64,000 nucleotides of DNA from Parcubacteria group bacterium GW2011_GWA1_56_13 (GCA_001004905.1 LCRY01000002.1:199251-263250); one strand, 5' to 3'. Positions 45,968 to 56,804 are shown, counted from the stretch's first letter. A program made the numbers and translations. The notes: generated from the sequence alone by a model not told the origin.

Positions 45968-47347
45968 TTAAAATTCCGCGACAAGTTCTCCCAAATCGGC
46001 TTTCTCCATCGACTGGAACGTGGCGCGCTTCTCGTCGAAATAGAGGTCGGTCTTGCCAGTAGGGCCGTTCCGGTGCTTCTCGATGAGGATTTCCGCGATA
46101 TTTTGTCGGTCACTTTCGGGATTGCGTTTGTCCTCACGGTGGATGAACATCACGATATCGGCATCCTGCTCGATGCTTCCTGAATCACGCAGGTCGGAGA
46201 GTCGCGGTTTGCCGCCACGCTGTTCCACCGCGCGCGAAAGCTGTGAGAGGGCGATAACCGGCACTTTGAGCTCGCGTGCGAGCGACTTCAAGGAGCGGGA
46301 GATCTCGGTAACCTGCTGAACGAGCGAATCGGACGACTTCGTCGACGTCGGAGACATGAGCTGGAGATAGTCCACGATGATAAGCCCGATGCCGCGTTCG
46401 CGCTTCAGTCGTCGGGCGACCGCGCGCATAGCGAGGATGTTATTCCCCGGCTTGTCGTCGATGAAAATAGGTGCTTTCGAGAGCGACTCGAGCGCGTCTC
46501 GGATACGATTGAAATCTTCCTCCTCGCGTACCTGGCCAGTGCGCAGTTTCCATGAATTCACGAATGATTCAGCCGCAAGCATACGGTCGATGAGCTGTTC
46601 AGAGCTCATTTCAAGCGAGAAAATGCCGACGGGAACGTTATGCCGCACCGCCGCATTCCTCGCGATGTCGAGCGCGAGAGAGGTTTTACCCATCGAAGGC
46701 CTCGCAGCGATGATGACCAGATCGGAGGGATGGAAGCCCGAAAGCAGATTATCGAGGGAAGGAAAGCCCGATGGCACGCCGCGTATGCCGCTCTCTTTCT
46801 TGGAGAGCGCTTCAATACGATCCCATACTTCGTGGACTTTGTCGCCGATGGCGGTGAATTTATGCGCAGCCGACGCGTCGCCGATGGCGTAAATGCTTTT
46901 TTCGGCCTCATCGAGCACTTCCATCGTATCGCGCGCCTCGTCATACGCGGATTCGCTGATACTGTAGGCGGCGTCTATCAAGGAACGCATGAGCGACTTG
47001 CGGGAAACAAGTTCTGCGTAATGCGAGAAGTTGCCCGGAGCGGGCGCCGAGCCCGCGAGTTCGGCGAGGTAACTCCTGCCGCCGGCGCGCTCGATGAGCC
47101 CCTGGTCCTGCATCCGCGCCGAAAGAGAGAGGAGGTCTATCGGCTCACCGCGTTCGGCGAGCTCGTGCATCGCGCCGAATATAAGCCGATGCTTTTCGGC
47201 ATAAAAGGATTCGGGCCGGATAAGATCCAGGACGTCGTGGATGGCGTCCGGTTTGAGGAGCAGGGCGCCGAGGAGCGCGCGTTCGGATTCGAGCGATTGG
47301 GGCGGAACGCGATCGGAAGAGGCCATTGCCCTGATTGTATCACTCAT
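45968..47347 (-). CDS. dnaB: replicative DNA helicase
   Basis: PPQS.E.E, ARPSMGKT, FSLEM, DYLQL, SQLSR, LRDSGSIEQDAD. Confidence 0.97.
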   Translation of the reverse strand: MSDTIRAMASSDRVPPQSLESERALLGALLLKPDAIHDVLDLIRPESFYAEKHRLIFGAMHELAERGEPIDLLSLSARMQDQGLIERAGGRSYLAELAGSAPAPGNFSHYAELVSRKSLMRSLIDAAYSISESAYDEARDTMEVLDEAEKSIYAIGDASAAHKFTAIGDKVHEVWDRIEALSKKESGIRGVPSGFPSLDNLLSGFHPSDLVIIAARPSMGKTSLALDIARNAAVRHNVPVGIFSLEMSSEQLIDRMLAAESFVNSWKLRTGQVREEEDFNRIRDALESLSKAPIFIDDKPGNNILAMRAVARRLKRERGIGLIIVDYLQLMSPTSTKSSDSLVQQVTEISRSLKSLARELKVPVIALSQLSRAVEQRGGKPRLSDLRDSGSIEQDADIVMFIHREDKRNPESDRQNIAEILIEKHRNGPTGKTDLYFDEKRATFQSMEKADLGELVAEF

Positions 47348-47421
47348 CTCCAAAAGCAGGGTAAAGGGTGCGTTCCGGCGAGGGAGGTCACGTCCAACGC
47401 CCGTTTTCCCGCTTTTTGGCT

Positions 47422-48879
47422 CTATTTCTTCTTTCCCAGTACCGGACCATGCGAGCTGTCATCCACATGATATCCACTCTTTTCTATCGCGCCTCGGAGG
47501 CGGTCGGCCTCCGTGAAGTCCTTTGCGGCGCGCGCCGCTTCGCGCCGCGCGAGCATGTCGCGCACCTCAAGAGGGATGTCCTCTTGTTTTAGGGCGTCCG
47601 CGAGAGGAGGATGTACGAGTGAAAGGCCGAAATGCGCATCGGCATCGAGAATGAGCCCCCATTTCTCTTCGGGCGTATATTCTTCGCTTCGAAGCGTATC
47701 CCAAAGAATGCCAAGCGCCTGCGGAGTCGCAAGGTCATCCCGAAGCGCCGCGAGGAGGCGCGCGCGGACTTCCGAAGGGGCGCTTCTGCGTCCCGATTCG
47801 GCGGCGATCTCGGAAGAGGCATTCCAAAGTCGGTCAAGCGCGCCAGCGGCTCCCGCGAGAGCGTCCCACGAGAAAGAGAGGGGGGTACGATAATGCGCCT
47901 GCAGGAAGAAATAACGCAAAGAGAGCGGATGGAATCTTTTTTTCGTGACATCAGAGAGATAGACAGCATTTCCCGTCGATTTTGCCAATTTTTGCCCCTG
48001 CAGGGACAGGTGCGCATTGTGCATCCAGTAATGCACGAAGGTCCGGCCGCTCGCCGCTTCCGATTGGGCTATTTCGTTGTTGTGATGAGTGGCGATATGT
48101 TCCGTGCCACCCGTGTGCACATCGATTTCCGGGCCCAGGAGCGAGCGCGACATCGCCGAACATTCTATATGCCATCCCGGATTGCCGCGGCCCCACGGGC
48201 TGTCCCACTGTTGAAGATCGTTCGGCCGCGCAGTCCTCCAGAGTACGAAATCGGCGGGGTGTCGTTTGCCCTTTGCGACTTTCACGCGCGCGCCCGCCTC
48301 CTGCTTCGCCATGGAAACGCCGCCGAGCTTTCCGTATGCGGCGAATTTTTGCGTATCAAAGTAGAGACCGTCCGGCAGATGATAGGCAAACCCTTTTTCT
48401 TCCAGCGTCCTGGCAAGCGCTATCTGTTCTTTGATGTATTCGGTCGCTCGGGGGAACAGGATGCTGTTCGTGTCTATATTGAGTTCGTCCAGGTCTTCCA
48501 GGTATATTTTTGTGTACCGGGCGGCGATGACTTCGGGAGTTGTGCGTTCTCTGGCAGCCCCGACCGCCATCTTGTCTTCGCCATAGTCGTCGTCGCTAAC
48601 CAAGTGTCCCACGTCCGTAATATTCAGCACGCGCCGCACATGATATCCGGCGGCGTTGAATACGCGCGCTATCGTGTCGGGAAACACGGCGGCGCGCAGG
48701 TTCCCGATATGTTGACGGCTATAGACCGTCGGTCCGCACGAATACATTGTCACGATGCCCGGTCTTTGGGATATGAAAAGTTCTTTCATACCCGAGAGCG
48801 TGTTGGTGAGGAATATTCTCGGCGGCCGCCGAGCCGACCTGTGCTGCAATTTTCCGAATATACGAGCAAGGAAACCCAT
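47422..48879 (-). CDS. cysS: cysteine--tRNA ligase
   Basis: CGPTVY, HIGN, PGWHIECSAM, HHNNE, KLAKS. Confidence 0.95.
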   Translation of the reverse strand: MGFLARIFGKLQHRSARRPPRIFLTNTLSGMKELFISQRPGIVTMYSCGPTVYSRQHIGNLRAAVFPDTIARVFNAAGYHVRRVLNITDVGHLVSDDDYGEDKMAVGAARERTTPEVIAARYTKIYLEDLDELNIDTNSILFPRATEYIKEQIALARTLEEKGFAYHLPDGLYFDTQKFAAYGKLGGVSMAKQEAGARVKVAKGKRHPADFVLWRTARPNDLQQWDSPWGRGNPGWHIECSAMSRSLLGPEIDVHTGGTEHIATHHNNEIAQSEAASGRTFVHYWMHNAHLSLQGQKLAKSTGNAVYLSDVTKKRFHPLSLRYFFLQAHYRTPLSFSWDALAGAAGALDRLWNASSEIAAESGRRSAPSEVRARLLAALRDDLATPQALGILWDTLRSEEYTPEEKWGLILDADAHFGLSLVHPPLADALKQEDIPLEVRDMLARREAARAAKDFTEADRLRGAIEKSGYHVDDSSHGPVLGKKK

Positions 48880-48882
48880 AGG

Positions 48883-49800
48883 TCAAAGCCAGCGCCGTCT
48901 AATAAAGAACGTGGTGAGTAACAGCGCGACGCCGAGCATGAGACCGAGCACTATCCAGAAAGAATTTGGCGACTCGATGAGCGGCATGCCTTCCGTGCGC
49001 ATGGCAAATGTCCAGCTGATGAGCCCGAGCGGTAGAAAAATAAAGTTGACGATCGTCAGCGTTTTCATGATCTCGTTCTGGCGCGCTCCGAGCAAGGCGA
49101 CGTTGGTTTCGCGCATTTCCGTTGCGATGGCACGATGCGTTTCCACTATCCCTGCGGCATGCGTCCGCTCGGCGAGGATGCGAAGCGAGCGTTCGGCGAA
49201 CGAATGGCCAAAAAAACCGGAACGGTCGACGGCATCGAGGAAGCGTTTAAGCGCTTCCTCCTGGTTCGCAAGAACCCCTTCCATATGGAGGAACTCACGA
49301 CTGATGCTCGAGATCGAGCCGACCGTCGTTCGCTCGCGGCCGTCGAACATTTCTTTTTCGACACGAGAGAGCTTCCCGGCGACATGGTTCATGTGGTCGC
49401 GCATTGCGGTATACAAATGCGCAAAAAGCACCTCAAGAAGAACATCGGTCGTAACCGGCACTTTCCCTATGACGAGCTGTTGTGCCTCAATGAGCTTCTT
49501 GAGGTGATGCAAGGGTGCGACGACCTCATAGCGCACGGTGATGATAAAATTCTTTCCAACGATGAAATCGACTTCCTGGCTTTTCGTTTCGCCCTCTTTC
49601 TCGCTTTGAGAAGGGAAGTGGAGAACAAGAAGCAGCATATCGTCACCGGCGACTACCGTGGGTATGGGAGTCGGCAAGAGAAGCTCGCGCTCCATCCGTT
49701 CGTTGATGGAGAATTCTTCCGCTATCTGCCGGATTTCATCAGGGCTTGGCTGTTCCAGATCGATCCAGATGCCGCCCAAATATTCGTGCCGGAATATCAT
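48883..49800 (-). CDS. CorA-family divalent cation transporter (atypical signature)
   Basis: WID...P, NEIMKTLTI...FLP, two C-terminal TMs; FAMR replaces FGMN. Confidence 0.85.
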   Translation of the reverse strand: MIFRHEYLGGIWIDLEQPSPDEIRQIAEEFSINERMERELLLPTPIPTVVAGDDMLLLVLHFPSQSEKEGETKSQEVDFIVGKNFIITVRYEVVAPLHHLKKLIEAQQLVIGKVPVTTDVLLEVLFAHLYTAMRDHMNHVAGKLSRVEKEMFDGRERTTVGSISSISREFLHMEGVLANQEEALKRFLDAVDRSGFFGHSFAERSLRILAERTHAAGIVETHRAIATEMRETNVALLGARQNEIMKTLTIVNFIFLPLGLISWTFAMRTEGMPLIESPNSFWIVLGLMLGVALLLTTFFIRRRWL

Positions 49801-49887
49801 GCGCCTAGAATACCATGTCCCGCATCGGGACACTGTCGAGCGCGCACCCGACGGTGTGACGAAGCGTCATGTGCTACACTCTGCAAA

Positions 49888-51135
49888 ATGGAATCCGACA
49901 CGGCACGCGGGCAGAGCATAGTTATGCGCGGTATTTCTTTCGCGCTCGTGGCGGCGATCGCGTTCGGCGCAGGCGTCGCGGCAGGCAGCAACGGCTCTGC
50001 GGCCTCTATTGCTTCGCATATTCCGCTCGTGGGTGATGGGCTCGATGCGACGCCCGATGCGAGCGTCGATCTTGCCAACTTCTGGAAAGCATGGAACGCA
50101 CTTGAAGAGCACTATGTCATCACGCAGGCCTCCTCCACGCTTCCAACGGTAAAAGACCGGCTATATGGCGCAATAGAAGGTCTTGCCTCCTCCTACGGTG
50201 ACCCCTACACGGTATTCTTTCCTCCGGAAGAAGCGAAGCAGTTTGCCGACACCATTTCCGGCAGTTTCGCGGGTGTTGGGATGGAAATAGACGTGAAGGA
50301 CGGTGTTTTGACCGTCATCGCTCCGCTCAAAGGAACGCCGGCCGAAGCCGCCGGCGTCAAGGCGGGCGATCAAATCGTAGCCATCGACGGGAAGTCGACG
50401 GACGGCCTCTCCATCGATAAAGCGGTGACGAAGATCCGCGGGCCCATCGGAACGACGGTGGAAATCACCGTTGTTCGCGGCGGAAAGACGTTCAACTTCA
50501 AGATCGTACGCGACACCATCCAGGTTCCCGAAACTGACGATGGGCTCGACGCGGCAAGTGGCGTGTACCGCATCGCGCTCTACGAATTCACCGCCAATTC
50601 CGCGAATTTGTTCAATCTGGCGTTCGAGCGGTTCAGGAATTCCGGATCCAAAAAACTGGTCCTCGACCTGCGCGGCAATCCGGGTGGTTATTTGGATTCC
50701 GCGGTCGACATCGCGAGCCATTTCCTCCCCAAAGGCGCGGATATCGTCACGGAAGATTTTGACGGGAAGGAGCCAAAACAGGCCCATACCAGCTTGGGCT
50801 ACTCCGATGTGCCGCGAGGGACCAAAATCGTCATGCTCATCGACGGAGGGTCGGCTTCGGCGTCCGAGATACTCGCCGGCGCTCTGCAGGATAATCGCGC
50901 TGCGACCTTGATCGGTACCCGCTCGTTCGGTAAGGGTTCGGTGCAGACCCTGCTTGACCTTGACAAGGGTTCGTTGAAAATAACCGTCGCACGCTGGATC
51001 ACTCCCGCCGGCCACTGGATCATGGGCAACGGCATTACTCCGGACATCGTCGTGCCATTTACGCAAGAAGATGCTGCGGCCGGGAAGGATCCGCAAATGG
51101 CGCGCGCCGTACAATTTTTGACGACGGGGAAGTAA
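49888..51135 (+). CDS. S41 carboxyl-terminal protease (PDZ)
   Basis: DPYT, DLRGNPGG, SASASEI.AGAL, FGKGSVQ, GITPD. Confidence 0.95.
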   Translation: MESDTARGQSIVMRGISFALVAAIAFGAGVAAGSNGSAASIASHIPLVGDGLDATPDASVDLANFWKAWNALEEHYVITQASSTLPTVKDRLYGAIEGLASSYGDPYTVFFPPEEAKQFADTISGSFAGVGMEIDVKDGVLTVIAPLKGTPAEAAGVKAGDQIVAIDGKSTDGLSIDKAVTKIRGPIGTTVEITVVRGGKTFNFKIVRDTIQVPETDDGLDAASGVYRIALYEFTANSANLFNLAFERFRNSGSKKLVLDLRGNPGGYLDSAVDIASHFLPKGADIVTEDFDGKEPKQAHTSLGYSDVPRGTKIVMLIDGGSASASEILAGALQDNRAATLIGTRSFGKGSVQTLLDLDKGSLKITVARWITPAGHWIMGNGITPDIVVPFTQEDAAAGKDPQMARAVQFLTTGK

Positions 51136-51181
51136 GAGTCACTTCGGGGCAGGCCTGTTTACTTTGGTATACTTGCCGGAA

Positions 51182-51745
51182 ATGAGCATCCAGAGCCGTA
51201 GGAATGGTCTTCTGCTGCATGATGTACTTGTTATCGCCCTCAGCATCGGCATTGCCGCAGTTCTGGTAAAGACCGATGTGCTGGTGCATATATTGACGTC
51301 CACGCAAAAACTGGAATTAGTGGGAAGTTTTATAGCGGGCCTATTTTTCACTTCGGTGTTCACCACCGCACCGGCCATCGTCACCCTCGGCGAAATTGCT
51401 CGCCTCAATTCCATACTCCCGATGGCTGTCTTCGGGGCATTGGGAGCGGTATGCGGAGACGTGCTTATCTTTCGCTTCGTTCGTGACAAGTTCGCCGAAC
51501 ATATCCTGGAATTGATACGCCACCGAAGCGTAGGAAAAAAAATGGGCGTGCTATTCCGACTCAAGCTTTTTCGATGGCTCTCGTTCTTCGTTGGGGGTCT
51601 GATCATTGCTTCTCCGTTACCGGACGAGCTTGGGATCGGACTGTTCGGTTTTTCAAAAATGAAGATGTCGTGGTTCATCCCCCTTTCCTTCACCTTTAAC
51701 TTCATCGGCATCGCGCTCATCGGCCTCATTGCACAAGCGATATGA
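51182..51745 (+). CDS. multi-TM membrane protein
   Basis: Several TM helices, IIASPLPDELG; ATGA overlap with the ATPase. Confidence 0.8.
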   Translation: MSIQSRRNGLLLHDVLVIALSIGIAAVLVKTDVLVHILTSTQKLELVGSFIAGLFFTSVFTTAPAIVTLGEIARLNSILPMAVFGALGAVCGDVLIFRFVRDKFAEHILELIRHRSVGKKMGVLFRLKLFRWLSFFVGGLIIASPLPDELGIGLFGFSKMKMSWFIPLSFTFNFIGIALIGLIAQAI

Positions 51746-54378
51746 CTCATACGGGAATGGCGAGCGAAATACAGAAAAACAGCCCTTTTTGGACGTTGTC
51801 TCTGCCGGATATCTCGAAAGAGATGCACACGAATATTCAGAACGGGATTTCGCAGGCGGAAGCGCTGGAACGACTGAAAGTTTTCGGTCTCAATGTGATC
51901 GAAAGGCCGCAGCGGTCGCCTTGGCTTCGGATTTTCCTGAACCAGTTCAAGAGCCCCTTGATCCTCATCCTGCTGTTCGCGAGTAGTGTGACGTTCCTTA
52001 TTGCCCATTATCGCGACGCCTTTTTCATTTTTATCGCCGTTCTGGTCAACACTATTCTTGGCTTTTATCAGGAATTCAAGGCGGAAAAGGCGCTGTCAGA
52101 ACTCAAGACGTATCTTAAACAACGCACGCGTGTCATTCGTGACACGGAAGAGCGTGAAATAGACGCCGCGCGGATAGTGCCGGGGGATATCATACGCCTC
52201 ACGCAAGGGGACCGTGTCCCCGCGGACGCGCGTCTCGCGTTCGTGAACGACTTCCAGGTTGACGAGGCGATCTTGACGGGAGAATCACTGCCGGTATCAA
52301 AGTCGGTCGAACCGGTGGGCGCGGCTGCTGCCCTCGGGGATCAGCGGTCCATGGTGTTCGCCGGAACTTTGGTCACCCAAGGGGTGGGGACGGCAGTGGT
52401 ATGTCGTACGGGTTTCTCGACCGAATTGGGGAAAATAGCGGCCCTCGTCGCCGAATCACAGCGGGAGGAGACACCGCTCCAAAAAAAGATAGCGACGTTC
52501 AGCCTCCAGGCAGGATCTTTTTTGGGAGTGCTCACGCTCGCCATTTTCGGCGCCGGCATCGCCCTCGGGTACTCATACGTGGACATGTTTCTTACGTCGG
52601 TAGCGATCGCGGTTGCGGCGGTTCCGGAAGGATTGCCCGTGGCGATGACGGTCATACTGGCCATCGGGGTACAGCGCATGGCGCGCCGCAAAGGAGTAGT
52701 GAGGAAACTGATTGCAGCGGAAACGCTGGGAAGCACCACTATCATCCTGACCGATAAAACCGGCACGCTGACCCAAGCGAGCATGGCCATCAGCAAGATC
52801 ATTCCGGCCGAAGGAAAGGAAGCGGGAACACTGCTCGAATGGGCGCTTCTGAACACAAATGTCCTTGTGGAAAACCCGAACGATCACCCGTCCGGATGGC
52901 GAATGAACGGTCGGGTGATCGAGAAGGCACTCGTGCAGTCGGCCGCACTCCGGGGAATAACGGTCGAAAAAGCCAGACATAAAAATCCATTGCTGAATTC
53001 TCTGCCGTTTAACGCGGTTAATAAATTTTCCGTTTCGCTGATACGCAACCATGAGAGGGATGTGCTGGTATTTTTAGGCGCACCCGATATCCTCGTAGCC
53101 CATTCAACGCTTGATTCGAGGCAGCAAGAAGAAGCTTTGGGAACCATACATGCCCTGGCCAAATCGGGCGAACTTGTCCTAGGGGTCGCGATCAAAGAAA
53201 ACGAGGGAAGAAAGGATTTTTCCTTCTCGAAGGACCTGAAACTCGCGCAACTCTCTTTTCAAGGTTTGCTAACACTGAACGATCCGGTGCGCCCGCGCGT
53301 CAAAGACGCCCTCCGTCGCCTCGAACAGGCCGGAATAAAGACAATGATCGTGACCGGCGATCATCGCGGTACGGCGGAAGCGATCGCCCGCGAAGTCGGC
53401 ATGCGGATCGACGAGCGCAGCGTCTTGGATGCTTCGGAATTGCGCCCCCTGTCAGACAAGGAACTGAAAAGTCGGTTGCCTCACCTACAGGTCATTTCAC
53501 GAGTATCTCCCCTTGATAAAATGCGAATGGTACGGATCCTCCAGGAAATGGGGGAGGTTGTGGCGATGACCGGCGACGGCGTTAACGATGCTCCCAGTAT
53601 CAAACAGGCGGACGTCGGCATTGCTATGGGCTCGGGCACGGAAGTGGCTCGCGACGTGGCCGATCTCGTACTACTCGACGATAATTTTGAGACGATTGTC
53701 GCCGCCGTTGAAGAAGGGCGGCAGATGATGAACAATATCCGCAAGGTGCTGGTGTATCTGCTCTCTTCGGTGGCAGACGGACTGATTTTGATAGGAGGTG
53801 CTCTTGCGACCGGTGTGGCGCTTCCATTGAACGCTCTTCAGATCTTGTGGGTGAATTTCTTTTCGGACAGTTTTCCCGCTGTCGCATTCGCTTTTGAGAA
53901 AAACATCGACGGGATGACCCGCCGTCTCCAGCGTACGAATACCGGACTCTTTAATCCTTTGATGAATTTCCTGATCCTCTATATAGGCCTCTCCACCAGC
54001 GCACTGTTGTTCGTACTGTACTGGACCATGCTACGGGCCGGGTTTCCGGAAGATATCGTGAGAACGTTTATTTTCGCAAGCTTCGGCACGTATACCTTAT
54101 TCCTGGCTTTTGCACTGAGAAGTTTGGAAAAAAGCATCTTTACCTATTCGATATTTTCAAATCTATATTTGGTCGTCGGCGTCGGCGTCGGCGTCGTCCT
54201 CATGGGCGCGGCGATTTATATCCCGTTTTTGCAGTCGGTATTTAATACGGTTTCTCTGCCGTTTTTCTGGCTCCTTGGTGTCGTGGCGGTCGGCATACTT
54301 AATATCGCCGCCGTGGAATGCGGAAAATGGTTTTTCCGCCGCAAGCAATTGATGGCCCGCAACGAAGGCGCATTTTGA
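51742..54378 (+). CDS. P-type (P2-like) cation-transporting ATPase
   Basis: TGES, PEGLP, DKTGTLT, TGD, GDGVND. Confidence 0.95.
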   Translation: MTHTGMASEIQKNSPFWTLSLPDISKEMHTNIQNGISQAEALERLKVFGLNVIERPQRSPWLRIFLNQFKSPLILILLFASSVTFLIAHYRDAFFIFIAVLVNTILGFYQEFKAEKALSELKTYLKQRTRVIRDTEEREIDAARIVPGDIIRLTQGDRVPADARLAFVNDFQVDEAILTGESLPVSKSVEPVGAAAALGDQRSMVFAGTLVTQGVGTAVVCRTGFSTELGKIAALVAESQREETPLQKKIATFSLQAGSFLGVLTLAIFGAGIALGYSYVDMFLTSVAIAVAAVPEGLPVAMTVILAIGVQRMARRKGVVRKLIAAETLGSTTIILTDKTGTLTQASMAISKIIPAEGKEAGTLLEWALLNTNVLVENPNDHPSGWRMNGRVIEKALVQSAALRGITVEKARHKNPLLNSLPFNAVNKFSVSLIRNHERDVLVFLGAPDILVAHSTLDSRQQEEALGTIHALAKSGELVLGVAIKENEGRKDFSFSKDLKLAQLSFQGLLTLNDPVRPRVKDALRRLEQAGIKTMIVTGDHRGTAEAIAREVGMRIDERSVLDASELRPLSDKELKSRLPHLQVISRVSPLDKMRMVRILQEMGEVVAMTGDGVNDAPSIKQADVGIAMGSGTEVARDVADLVLLDDNFETIVAAVEEGRQMMNNIRKVLVYLLSSVADGLILIGGALATGVALPLNALQILWVNFFSDSFPAVAFAFEKNIDGMTRRLQRTNTGLFNPLMNFLILYIGLSTSALLFVLYWTMLRAGFPEDIVRTFIFASFGTYTLFLAFALRSLEKSIFTYSIFSNLYLVVGVGVGVVLMGAAIYIPFLQSVFNTVSLPFFWLLGVVAVGILNIAAVECGKWFFRRKQLMARNEGAF

Positions 54379-54416
54379 CTATTGCGGTCCGGCTCTCTTT
54401 GCAGTAGGGTGGTGCT

Positions 54417-54863
54417 ATGAAAGTCATTTTGCTCAAAGACGTAAAAGGCATCGGGCGCCTTCACGAGGTAGTGGAAGCCAAGGACGGGTATGCCTTGAAC
54501 TTCCTCATTCCGCAGGAGCTTGCCATTGCGGCCACTCCGGCGGCTCTCAAGGAAGCGGAAGTGCGGCGAAAGAGGAACGCCGAACGCGCCGAGCTTGATG
54601 CCAAGCTCCTCGCGCAAAACATTGCTTCACTCGCCGATGCGCGCATCGTGGTTACAGCGAAAGCGAATGAGAAAGGTCATCTGTATGACGCGGTAGGGGA
54701 GTCCGAGATACGCGTCGCGGCGAAAGAACAGGCCCGCATCGATATTCCCGAGGGCGCCATCAAATTGGACAAGCCGATCAAGGAGTTGGGTACATTCGAT
54801 ATTCCCGTCACGACCGGCGAGACCTTTGGAAGATTTTCCATTACTGTCGAATCGGAGGCGTGA
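54417..54863 (+). CDS. rplI: 50S ribosomal protein L9
   Basis: [11 protein letters not shown]....V...DGYA.NFLIP, PIK.LG. Confidence 0.96.
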   Translation: MKVILLKDVKGIGRLHEVVEAKDGYALNFLIPQELAIAATPAALKEAEVRRKRNAERAELDAKLLAQNIASLADARIVVTAKANEKGHLYDAVGESEIRVAAKEQARIDIPEGAIKLDKPIKELGTFDIPVTTGETFGRFSITVESEA

Positions 54864-55384
54864 TTGTCATGACGCTGGAGGAATCTCTCGCAAGGAAAGA
54901 TATCCCGAAAGAAATCAAACAAGCACAAACATTACTCGATATTCCGTATCTGTCGTTTGAAGGAACCGTACGAATGGGGCAACTTTTGGTCCATACCGAT
55001 CTCGCCCGCGAGATTCAATGCATTTTTGAGGAATTACTTGAGCGTAAATTTCCGATAGAAAAAATGATCCCCGTCGTCGCATTCGATTGGAATGACGACG
55101 CGTCGATGGCCGCAAACAACACGTCAGCGTTTAATTACCGCGTCATTCACGGCACGGACCGGCTTTCGAATCATTCCTTCGGCCGCGCCCTAGATATTAA
55201 TCCCGTTCAGAACCCCTATGTACGTCCGGACGGCACAACCGTGCCCCAGAATGCATCCTACGAATCCCGGAAGCAGGGAACGATAACGCACGAAACGGCA
55301 GATCTCTTCAGATCACGCGGTTGGGAATGGGGAGGAGATTGGCGGCAGTTCAAGGATTGGCAGCACTTCGAAAAACCGGCTTAA
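54860..55384 (+). CDS. M15-family peptidase
   Basis: [33 protein letters not shown]. Confidence 0.9.
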   Translation: MIVMTLEESLARKDIPKEIKQAQTLLDIPYLSFEGTVRMGQLLVHTDLAREIQCIFEELLERKFPIEKMIPVVAFDWNDDASMAANNTSAFNYRVIHGTDRLSNHSFGRALDINPVQNPYVRPDGTTVPQNASYESRKQGTITHETADLFRSRGWEWGGDWRQFKDWQHFEKPA

Positions 55385-55653
55385 ACCACCTCGGCGACTT
55401 TCTTGGAGACGATACGGCCGGTAAAATTGGTCTTGCGACGAGTGCGATAGGCAACCGTGCCGGAGGCAAGGGCGAAGAGCGTATGGTCGCGTCCCACCGC
55501 GACGTTTTTTCCGGCCTCTATTCTCGTGCCGCGTTGGCGGACGATGACCATGCCCGGACGGGCAGGAGCGCCGTCGGCGAGCTTCACCCCGAGGTATTTC
55601 GGGTTTGAGTCGTTAAGGTTTTTGGCTGATCCGCCGGCTTTTGTTGACGCCAT
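55381..55653 (-). CDS. rpmA: 50S ribosomal protein L27
   Basis: KAGGS..N..DS..K.LGVK, RQRGT, G.DHTLFA. Confidence 0.97.
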   Translation of the reverse strand: MASTKAGGSAKNLNDSNPKYLGVKLADGAPARPGMVIVRQRGTRIEAGKNVAVGRDHTLFALASGTVAYRTRRKTNFTGRIVSKKVAEVV

Positions 55654-55672
55654 GGTGATATAGTTTTACCGT

Positions 55673-56020
55673 ATGACTATAGCAGAAGCTCGCAGAAAAT
55701 GCAAAAGTTTTACCGAATGTATCCCGCGAGACCTGCTCATTCTCGCCCTTGTCGTATCGGCTTCAACGTTCAGCTTCGGCTTCGGTTACCTCGCGGGGCT
55801 TGATGCGGAACAAGAAGACGGCGTACGCCTCGAAAAAACCTCTGGTGTCGCCACTTCCTCGCAAGAGCAGGTTGTGGCTTCAAAATCTGGCATGAAATAT
55901 TATTTGCCATGGTGCGCCGGAGTCGAACGCATCTCGGACGCCAACAAGGTCTGGTTCGCATCCGCTTCGTTCGCGCGCGCGGCAGGTTATGCCCCCGCCG
56001 CCAATTGCAAAGGCCTGTGA
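55673..56020 (+). CDS. membrane protein with Ada-like metal-binding C-terminal domain
   Basis: TM; VASKSG.KYY.PWC...I...N..WF.S...A..AGY.P..NC. Confidence 0.75.
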   Translation: MTIAEARRKCKSFTECIPRDLLILALVVSASTFSFGFGYLAGLDAEQEDGVRLEKTSGVATSSQEQVVASKSGMKYYLPWCAGVERISDANKVWFASASFARAAGYAPAANCKGL

Positions 56021-56039
56021 ACTGGTACCATAGGAAGAC

Positions 56040-56804
56040 ATGAACGACGATTTGACGCGTCTGCCGGTTGCTCCGCCGCAGCCGTCCGTACGATATGAAA
56101 TGGCTGAACGCCTCGCACGTTCCGTGCACGAAGGAAGCCGGACCATGCCCGCGGACCGCCCGATGCTCGTCTGCAGGCCAAAAAAAATAGAATCATGGCG
56201 GGGGTTCAAGATAATGTCGGAATTCATCGAAGGGTTCGACATCATCCGCCGCTACGGCCTCGCCGCGAGCTTTTTCGGTAGCGCCCGCGCATCGCTTGAA
56301 GACGACGTATACCGGCATGCGTCCGAACTCGCCGCCCGGCTGGCGAAGAAAGGGTTCGCCATCATTACCGGCGGCAGTTCCGGCGTCATGCAGGCGGCGA
56401 ACAAGGGCGCATTCGAGGTCGGAGGCGTATCGGTCGGACTCAACATCAATTTGCCGGACATGCAGGTCTATAACCCGTATCTAACCGAACGGTTCGGTTT
56501 TGACCACTTCTTCGTCCGCAAGGTCATGCTGACGTACGCTTCGGAAGTCTACATTTATTTTCCGGGCGGCTTCGGTACGCTCGACGAATTCTTTGAGATC
56601 GTGACCCTGGTGCAGACGAAAAAGATACGTAAGGTCCCGATACTCCTCTTCGGAAAATCATATTGGGAGCCGCTCCTCTCCTTTATCGAAAAAACGCTGT
56701 ACAAGGAGCGCGGCGCCATTGACGAAGCCGATATGGAGCTCTACACGCTCGTTGATTCGGTTGACGAAGCGTATGATTACATCCTCGCGCACGCTTCTTG
56801 CTAG
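56040..56804 (+). CDS. LOG/TIGR00730 Rossmann-fold protein
   Basis: FGSAR, TGG..G.M.AANKGA, RKVM, PGGFGTLDE. Confidence 0.93.
   Translation: MNDDLTRLPVAPPQPSVRYEMAERLARSVHEGSRTMPADRPMLVCRPKKIESWRGFKIMSEFIEGFDIIRRYGLAASFFGSARASLEDDVYRHASELAARLAKKGFAIITGGSSGVMQAANKGAFEVGGVSVGLNINLPDMQVYNPYLTERFGFDHFFVRKVMLTYASEVYIYFPGGFGTLDEFFEIVTLVQTKKIRKVPILLFGKSYWEPLLSFIEKTLYKERGAIDEADMELYTLVDSVDEAYDYILAHASC

Noticed and set aside
47632-48921. Long antisense ORFs (also 12403-13371, 16122-17180, 27382-28512, 59571-60800, 60581-61717)
   Set aside because: Shadows of well-supported opposite-strand genes in GC-rich DNA, with no motifs.
49135-49887. 250-aa N-terminal extension of the S41 protease (similar extensions on murA, mreB, the M23 gene and the cofE-like gene)
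   Set aside because: They overlap real opposite-strand genes, and downstream ATGs with correctly spaced -10 boxes explain the starts.
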